64,000 nt of DNA from positions 74,214,001-74,278,000 of the forward strand of contig OX597831.1 in assembly GCA_951406725.2 (NCBI GenBank). The letters are read 5' to 3'. Shown piece by piece: positions 54,811 through 64,000 of this stretch. The notes under the pieces were generated by a model. That model ran no database searches and was not told the DNA's origin. It was given only the letters and a program-made list of their open reading frames with translations. Numbering within the stretch: position 1 is the first letter of the stretch; each line of letters starts with the position of its first letter. This DNA is from Octopus vulgaris. Taxonomy: Eukaryota. The translations under genes and the position numbers were made by a program.

Positions 54811-54845
54811 TAATAGTAGGAGATGGATTTCGTATTAGACTTTAA

Positions 54846-54890
54846 GTACATCATATGTTTCGACCCATCAGTCTGGGTCTCTTCAGGTAC
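54846..54890 (-). ncRNA. Minimal hammerhead, one substitution at the cleavage triplet
   Basis: gtac CUGAAGA gaccca gactga tgggtc GAAA catatg AT gtac; perfect stems I and II; GAU where GUH is required. Confidence 0.75.
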
Positions 54891-55360
54891 GTTGATAAAG
54901 AAGTCTCAGCAGATAATTTTTGTGTCGGCTGATTTCTTGTTATATGCCCATCCAGTTCGAGAATGATTAAAAGTAAACAAATATTGTAGAAAAGCAAAGA
55001 AATTCAAATATAGGCAACAAAGACCATACCTTGATGGCCCAAGGTATGGACTACGTATCTTCTTTACACTATCGTAGTCAATTCACCTTCGATCCCTACA
55101 GTATTCAATCATGTAACATATCGATACCAACCAGAATCAACCTCTTACGTTTTGGATACAACTGTATTCACAATGCTTGCTAAACATCACGTGACACACT
55201 AATAATACTAATAATACAATGAATCTCCAACTGCTCCCAACAGATTTGAACTCTACACCATATATACACACACACACACACATTATATACATACACACAT
55301 ATATATATGTTATGTATGTATATATATACGTATATATATATAGTATATATATGCATGTAA

Positions 55361-55440
<80 letters not shown>

Positions 55441-56747
55441 CTGTGTGTGTGTGTGTGTGTGTTATATACAAAAAATCGTCGCTTTTCCCTCATACCCAGT
55501 ATGACTTACAAAACCACACACACACACGTACCTATCTATCAATCTATCTGTCTATCTATCTACCTACCTATCTGTCTATCTGTCTATCTATCTGTCTGTC
55601 TTTGTATCTATATGTAGATATATATGTATGTTTTTGTATATGCATATAATATATACATATATATACACATACTTTCGTATATACATATATATGTATATGA
55701 ATATATGTATATATATTTATATATATATATGTATATATATATATGTATATATTCATATATATGTGTGTGTGTGTTTGTGTGTGTATGCGTGTGCTTGTGT
55801 ATGTTATATATATAATATGTATGCGTGTTATATATACATATATGTATGTATGTATGTATGTATAAACATACATAAACATCTTTAAACATGGGAATCAAAT
55901 CATTTGTAGATTCCTGACAGACGTCTTGGTGTTTTGGCACCGACGCTATTCATCAGAATTACTTCTGGTCCATCACAGACTTCAAGAAGAGAAGGCATGT
56001 CAAAATCATAACAGAAACACAGCCCAAACCAAACAAATCAGCAAACTTGACACAATGTTGTGCGAAATTCTTCAAGTTTAGAGAATGGATTGGGAATTGT
56101 AAGACAAAGGTACCAATAAGAAAAGGAGGAATGGTGAGAAATTTCGTTTTTTTGTTAGAGTTCTTGTTTTTTTCTTTCTTAGAGTGCGTATTAAGGCGGT
56201 TTACTTATATGTTACACTATCATGGAGTTGTAAGTTTATACAGCTTAATAAATCAGATCTAAATTTATATGCTTGCATGTATATGTACGTATGTATGTAT
56301 GTATGTATGTATGTATGTATGTATGTATGTATGTATGTATGTATGTATGTATGTATGTGTGTGTGTATGTATGTGTATATATACATATGTCTGTGCGTGT
56401 GAGTGTATTATATATATATATATATATATATGTCTATGTGTGTCTTCAGTTGTGTGTGATGTGTGTGTGTATGTGCTTGTGTGTCTGTGTGTACGTGTGC
56501 GCACGTATGCATGTGGAGACATCCATTTCCCCATTGACTGAAATATATAGAAATATATAGATTAGGTAATACATTTATAACCACGTGTGTAAACACACAT
56601 ACACACAGACACATACACACATGTACACACACACATATACACACACATACAAACACAGACACATGCACGTACATACACACGAGGGCACATGTGTACGCCC
56701 AAAGTATCTATTTGTCAATTTATCTCATATATACATATATATATATA

Positions 56748-57994
56748 TCAGCTCATCCCATAAGTTCTGTCCGAATTTTGAATAAAGAAAACACTTGATC
56801 AAATGTTATACTTAATTAAAATTTAATCATCAATGTACCTTCCCTGATTATCTATCACTTCCTTCCATCTATTTACAAGCTTTTTAGTCCCATCAATGTA
56901 AAACTCTTTTGGTTTCAAAGCGAAGAACTCTGAAATGTCAGTTCCGACCTCCTCCTGGCTTGCGAAAGTTCTGTCCCCCAAATGATTCTGTCAACTATGA
57001 AACAAATAGTAGTCTGAATGAGGAAGGTCGGGAGAATAAGGTGGATAAGGAATCTTTTCCCTACCAATCTCTTCGATCATTGCAGTGTGGGGTCGCGCAT
57101 TGTCCTGATGAAACATCACTCCTTTTCGATTCACTAAAACGGGTCTTTCTTTCTTCAAAGCTTAGTTCAAACGCTCTAATTGCTGACAGTAGACTTGAGC
57201 ATTGATTGTTGCATGAGGTGGTAACAATTCAAAGTGAATTACTCCTTTGCAATCCCACCAGATAGAGGGGAAAAGCTTTTTACCATGAAGTTCCCTTCTC
57301 GGTTGTTGTTGAGCTTTTCCCCCTGTTTACGACGTTTAACATTTCGATAGAAGATCCATTGTTTGTCACCAGTCCCAAGTCTATCCTAAAAGAGTTCGCG
57401 AGAATGGAGAGACGAACAGATGTCAACTCGGGATTTGCGGTTGCTTTCGTACAATTCATGAGGCACCCATTTTCCAAGTTTAGGAAACTTTCCAAGTTGT
57501 TAAAGATGGCGATGAACAGTTGTATGGTTTGAACTAAGCTTTATTGACAATTCTTCAACTGATAATGAAAGATTTTCTTCAAGTAATGCCTCACGGAGCT
57601 TATCATCAAACTCAACTGGACGTCCTGTTCGATCTTCATCTTCAAGGCTGAAATCTCCACTTCTGAATTTTGAAAACCATCTTCTGCAAGTTCTTTCATC
57701 CAAGCATTCTTTCCCATAAACTGAGTGTATGTTTCGAGTTGTTTCGGCTGCAGAGTTTCCTTTTTGGTACTCATAAAGCATTATGTGCCTTAAATGCTCT
57801 TTGGATACTTCCATGTTAGAAAGGGTTTTAATCAAAGAAATTTTAATTCTATTATTCTGTAAAATAATAATATAATTAGTTTAAATGTACACAAATAAAA
57901 ATAATTTTTAATTCTATTAGACATTCTAAAATACTATTAAATTCCATTCAATTTTAAAAAAGGTAAAATCGGACAGAACTTATGGGATGACTTG

Positions 57995-57995
<1 letters not shown>
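56748..57995 (-). mobile_element. Full-length mariner transposon (second family) with pseudogenised transposase ~57814-56823
   Basis: TIRs tcagctcatcccataagttctgtccga / tcggacagaacttatgggatgacttga with TA TSDs; MEVSKEHLRHIMLYEY..WFSKFRSGDFSLEDEDRTGRP; HQDNARPH; several frameshifts. Confidence 0.95.
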
Positions 57996-58049
<54 letters not shown>

Positions 58050-58759
58050 CATATATATATATATGTATATATATATATACACACATATATATATATATAT
58101 ATATGTATACATATATGTATGTATATATATATATATATACATAGATACATACACAAATATTTATGCACACACACATTTATATGTATGCATATGTATACAC
58201 ACATTCACACACACAAACATTCACACACACAAACATACACACACACAAGCACGCATACACACATGCACATACATACTCAGTGGGGGAGAGAAAGGAGGGG
58301 TGTCAGAGATTGCCTCTCTAGCAGTATAAAAAGTAATTGTGAAGCAAGTTGTTACTTTATATGGAAATATTCGCGGCAGTTATGGTAAATTATAACAGAA
58401 TTTACCACATTAATATCGTCTAGATAACAACAAGAAGCACCACCACCACCACCACCACTACCACAACAACAACAACATTACACACAAATATAACCATCAG
58501 TTAATAACACAGACTAACATCATTCAATGTTGCATCGACAAATTCCGCCATCTTGACAATTGAGAACAGCGACAACTATGGATGACAATAACAACAACAA
58601 ACAAAAACATCTTCTGGTTGCTTGCTATTACACCATGCTAAAATAACTGGTTATGGTAATTCCTGCGAGTTATTTTAAGGATGGTTAGTTAATTGGTTTT
58701 GTTTCGTTTTTTGGATTATATATATGTATATATATATATATATACATATGTATACATGT

Positions 58760-58799
<40 letters not shown>

Positions 58800-59175
58800 T
58801 TCTTAGGAAAATTTGTAGGAGTGTTTTCCGAAATATGGAACAGGAAATACAACCAGCGTTAACAATGGTGTTTCCGTAGTTCTAGAACTGGAAACACTAT
58901 GCATTACTACTATCGGAACCCAAAATGATAACAGGCAACCATATTGGATTTTACTGCGTAAATATAATAAGCATGTGTGTTCTTTTTGTGTGTATGCTTC
59001 TATACGTATAATGAATATATGTATATATGTATGTATGACTGTATGTATTTATGTATGAATATAGGTATATATATATATGTATACGTATACAGGAGATCGA
59101 CTTCGACCTCATAAATATGTGTGTGTACGTGCGAATATATATTCATGTGTTTCTCTGTACATACATATACATTTA

Positions 59176-59426
59176 CAGTAATTCCTCAATATTGCAGGTG
59201 TTACGTCCTAAAAGCCTCCGCGATAGGTGAAAATCCACGAAGAAGAAACAGTCCTGTACCGTATATTTTTAAAAACTATTTTTTATAATTTGTACATATT
59301 TATTTTATTATAAATGCAAAACAACACCACGGAGGTATCGACGTAAGCTTAAATAAGATACCGCGATAGGTAACCCGCGATAGGTAACCCGCGATAGGTG
59401 AACCGCGATATGGCGAGGGATTACTG
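59176..59426. mobile_element. pogo/Tigger-type MITE
   Basis: TA|cagtaattcctc...gagggattactg|TA; internal tandem ccgcgataggt repeats. Confidence 0.85.
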
Positions 59427-59532
59427 TATGCATACATGCATCAAATAAAACAGATATATACCAGACATGTGCAAATATATCTATATGCTTGTGTGTGCAT
59501 ATATATAAATGCATATAATGTGTGCATATATA

Positions 59533-59752
59533 TATTTCTTTATTGCCCTCAAGGAGGGGACAAACAAAGACAGACAAAGGGATTAAGTCGATTACATCGA
59601 CCCCAGTGCGTAACTGGTACTTTATTTATCGACCCCGAAAGGATGAAAGGCAAAGTCGACCTCGGCGGAATTTGAACTCAGAACGTAACGGCAGACGAAA
59701 TACGGCTACGCATTTCGCCCGACGCGCTAACGATTCTGCCAACTCGCCGCCT
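59533..59752 (-). mobile_element. SINE family B, tail 1
   Basis: Full copy; atgtgtgcatatatata on both flanks. Confidence 0.9.
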
Positions 59753-59934
59753 TATGTGTGCATATATATAAATGCATGTATATGCTTGTGTGTGCTGTGG
59801 CGCTAGTCTCTCACAGTCCGAGAAAGATGGTTGAGCAATTCTTTGCCGAACGACCTGTATAGGGGATTTGTTTATTATGATCAAATGTATGTGCCGAACA
59901 TTAATTCACTCTTTCCATCAAATCGACGTTGTCT

Positions 59935-60106
59935 GAACTGGTGCCTGGTGTACCATGCGTCGGGTGTCGAGGGTGATTGCACAGCATGAAGAAATGAAGT
60001 GACTTGCTCAAGAAGCACAATGCACCACCCGGTTGGTCCTGTAACTGAAACCATGGTCTTGCGATCGTGATAATAACGCCGAAACCATTTGGCTTTATAC
60101 CCTCAC
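59935..60106 (-). mobile_element. Old CORE-like SINE remnant
   Basis: gaaatgaagtgacttgctcaag..cgatcgtga similar to 15620-15730. Confidence 0.55.
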
Positions 60107-60126
60107 ATTATACTTACCTATATGTA

Positions 60127-60706
60127 AGGCGGCGAGCCGGCCGAATCGTTAGCATGCGGGGCGAAATGCTTAGCAGTATTTCGTCTGCCGTTACGTTCTG
60201 AGTTCAAATTCCACCGAGGTCGACTTTGCCTTTAATTCTTCCGAAATTGATAAATTAAGTGCCAGTTATGCACTGGCGTCGATCTAATCGACTTAATCCG
60301 TTTGTCTGTCCTTGTTTGTCTTCTCTGTGTTTAGCCCCTTGTGGGTAGTAAAGAAATAAGTATTTCGTCTGCCGCTACGTTCTGAGTTCAAATTCCGCCG
60401 AGGTCGACTTTGCCTTTCATCCTTTCGAAATCGATAAATTAAGTACCAGTTACGCACTAGGGTCGATCTAATCGACTTAATCCGTTTTATCTGTCCTTGT
60501 TTGTCCTCTCTGTGTTTAGCCCCTTGTGGGTAGTAAAGAAATAAGTATTTCGTCTGCCGCTATGTTCTGAGTTCAAATTCCACCGGGATCGACTTTGCCT
60601 TTCATTCTTTCGGGGTCGATTAAATAAGTACTAGTTGAGTACTGTGGTCGATGTAACCGACTCCCCCTCCCCCCCAATTTCAGGCCTTGAACCTATAATA
60701 GAAAGA
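60127..60706 (+). mobile_element. SINE family B trimer within a single TSD
   Basis: One head and three bodies (tails 1, 1, 2); TSD attatacttacctatat at 60107 and 60707. Confidence 0.9.
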
Positions 60707-60761
60707 ATTATACTTACCTATATAATAAACATAAATCCATGCATGCAAACGTACAAATGCT

Positions 60762-60796
<35 letters not shown>

Positions 60797-61214
60797 ACAC
60801 GCACACACACACATCCTTTCTTCATTATTTAATTGTTTTCCTCAATTGATTGTCTACACAGAAACGTTTCCATTGTTAGAAACAATAATCTTCATTTTAT
60901 CGAGAAAACAAGCAACAACTTCGTGATCAAAGTAATTCAATGGCTGTCACTTTTCATATGTTTGTGAACCTTTCCAGGTGATCGTGTCACTCAAGATGTG
61001 GCAGCTGAATGTCATTGTTTCATTCATTTCACTCCCCACCCACCGACCCACCCATCCCCTCTTACATTACTACAGACTTATTTACTGTTTATCTTCCTCT
61101 GTGTGTGTCTGTGTGTCTGTGTGTCAGCTTGTCGGTCAGTCGGTCGGTCGGTCGGTTGGTCTGTATGTCTTCTGTTTACGTGACAGACACAACTAGTCTT
61201 TGGAAACCTATGTT

Positions 61215-61281
<67 letters not shown>

Positions 61282-61310
61282 GTCTATCTATCTATCTACC
61301 TAACTATTCA

Positions 61311-61357
<47 letters not shown>

Positions 61358-61501
61358 GCCTGTCTGTCTGTGTGACTCTCTGTCTGCCTACCTGCCTACC
61401 TATCTATATGTGTGTGTATATATACACACACACACATATATATAAAAACACACACACACACACACGTATGCATATATATATATATGTGTGTGTGTGTCTG
61501 T

Positions 61502-61555
<54 letters not shown>

Positions 61556-61589
61556 CTGCGTATGTGTGTGCGAGTGTTTATCTTAGAAC

Positions 61590-61727
61590 TTTTCTCAGTC
61601 ATCGGACTGCTGTAATGTTGGGGTACCGCCTTGAAATATTTAGTCAAAACGCTAAGTTATGGAAACGTAAACAAGCCAACACCGGTGCTGGTCAGGGAAA
61701 ACAGAAACACACATACACACACACTCA

Positions 61728-61796
<69 letters not shown>

Positions 61797-61885
61797 TGGG
61801 CTTCCACAAGGTTCCCGTCTAACAACTTCACTCTCAATGAAGGGGTTTCGTAGAAGACACAATCTCCGGGTGCCGCACTATGAGA
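61590..61885 (-). mobile_element. SINE family A, highly diverged
   Basis: tcagtcatcggactgc..cgtaaacaagccaacaccggt..tagaagacac. Confidence 0.7.
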
Positions 61886-62079
61886 CTGAAGCCTAACCCC
61901 AATCCTAACCCGAAGCATAAAGTTGCAGAGGCCAACTACTTATGGACCGACGTTCACAGCCTCAGTTCCTTCTCTTATTTGTCTCTCTCTCTCTCACTCT
62001 CTCTCTCTCTATCTATCTGTCTGTCTGTCTGTCTGTCTGTCTGTCCACCCACCTACCTACCTACCTACCTATCTATCTA

Positions 62080-62448
62080 TTTACTTGTTTCAGTAATTTG
62101 ACTGCGGTCATGCTGGAGCACCGCCTTTAGTCGAGCAAATCGACCCCAGGACTTATTCTTTGTAAGCCCAGTACTTATTTTATCGGTCTCTCGGGGACGT
62201 AAACACACCAGCATCGGTTGTCAAGCAATGCTAGGGGAACAAATACTGACACACAAACACACACATATATATATATACATATATACGACAGGCTTCTTTC
62301 AGTTTCCGTCTACCAAATCCACTCACAAGGCATTGGTTGGCCCGGGGCTATAGCAGAAGACTCTTGCCCAAGATGCCACGCAGTGGGACTGAACCCGGAA
62401 CCATGTGGTTGGTAAACAAGCTACTTACCACATAGCCACTCCTGCGCC
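62080..62448 (-). mobile_element. SINE family A
   Basis: Full copy with a small internal deletion. Confidence 0.9.
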
Positions 62449-63031
62449 TTATATCTATATGTACATACATATAATTTTAGTGAAGATGAAAAAATTTCAA
62501 ACCCATGTCACGAACGTTTCCATAAATAAACTTTGTTTATTCCATACCTCATATAAATGAACTCATCTGAGGAAGTGAATGCTATTGCATGTGTTGCATA
62601 TATCGCATGTATTGCAGAACTTTCGTTTAAGAAAATGTTCGTTACATTGCATTAACTTGTCTTTTCCTCAACTAAATAAATCATATTTCACTCTGTGAGG
62701 CTCATAACATGCTTACTGGATCATAACTTAGATTCGCAGAGAGTTCCTTTTAATCATTTGTTGAAATATAACTGATCTTCATTTGCTTACTGGAATACTA
62801 CTCTAGCCAGGGTTACCGAACTGTACTTATGCCCTCTAATAATTATATTTAGATATATTTGTATATACGTGTGTATGTATGTATGTATGTATGTATGTAT
62901 GTATGTATGTATGTATGTATGTATGTATGTATGTATGTATGTATGTGTATGTGTATCCGTGTTCACGTCGAGAAGTATCTGCCTTGCTGTCTTAGTGCTA
63001 ATAGAAAGAAAAAAAAAATTTTGAAACACTA

Positions 63032-63062
<31 letters not shown>

Positions 63063-63205
63063 CACATACATATATATATATATATGTATGATGTATGTAT
63101 GTATGTATATATGTTCGTATAAAAGTTCCTGTACATATCTATATATGTGTGTGTGTTATATGTAGGCATACATGTTCATATATTTACATATACATGTATA
63201 CATAA

Positions 63206-63291
<86 letters not shown>

Positions 63292-63857
63292 CAGACATAC
63301 ACGAATGCATTCATATATATATGTCTGTGTACACACGCACACACACAACATTATCTATGAGTCATTGTCACAATCCAGTCTTTATGATGAATACAAAATC
63401 CCTTCAAGGTTTGTTGGTTTTTTTTTATCTCTCTCTCTCTCTCTTTTTCTCTCTCACTTTCTCTCATTCACTCACTCGCTCTCCTCCTCTTACTCTCTAC
63501 CGCTCTTGCTCCCTCACTCATTCGCTCTCCCTCTCTCTCCATCTCAGTCGCTACCTCCTCTCTCTCTCTCTCTCTCTTCCATCCTCTTTCCATCTTTCTC
63601 TGGATTATTGTTTCTTTTTAATTCATTTCTTTTAAGTCTACAAATATTGGCAGCCATTTTGGCGCACACACTCACCCACACACAAACGCACACACAGCAA
63701 CATATGCTGTCACACATGTGCAAATGCATACATACACACACATAGTACCGACACCCACACATATGTATGTGTTTATGTATATATACGTGCCTTTGTGTGT
63801 GTGTGTACGTGTGAGTATACATATGTGTATATATATATACATACATATATATATCTA

Positions 63858-63966
<109 letters not shown>

Positions 63967-64000
63967 GTATGTATACATACATATATGTATATATATGTAC

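Noticed and set aside
60127-60706. Regularly spaced repeats suggestive of a CRISPR-like array
   Set aside because: Tandem SINE bodies without unique spacers; eukaryotic context; no cas genes.

Overview
This is repeat-saturated, AT-rich animal genomic DNA. The microsatellite load and SINE sequences suggest a cephalopod, probably Octopus (inference). No host protein-coding gene is securely identifiable, and almost all listed ORFs are microsatellite translation artefacts. Real coding remnants are all transposon-derived: a Penelope-like (PLE) RT fragment, two full-length decayed mariners, a DD37D (maT) remnant, three RTE 3' ends and a Dong/R4 3' end. Non-autonomous elements include at least four tRNA-derived SINE families, Tc1/pogo MITEs and Helitrons, plus a tRNA-Phe pseudogene. 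The most notable signal is about a dozen type I hammerhead ribozyme (HHR) motifs from unrelated PLE-type repeat families. Three have all core nucleotides intact, four share an unusual U·U pair at the base of stem II, and one sits inside a tRNA-headed SINE with a PLE-style inverted duplication. That last element is a candidate Pol III-transcribed, self-cleaving, PLE-mobilised SINE. All folds and alignments were read by eye.
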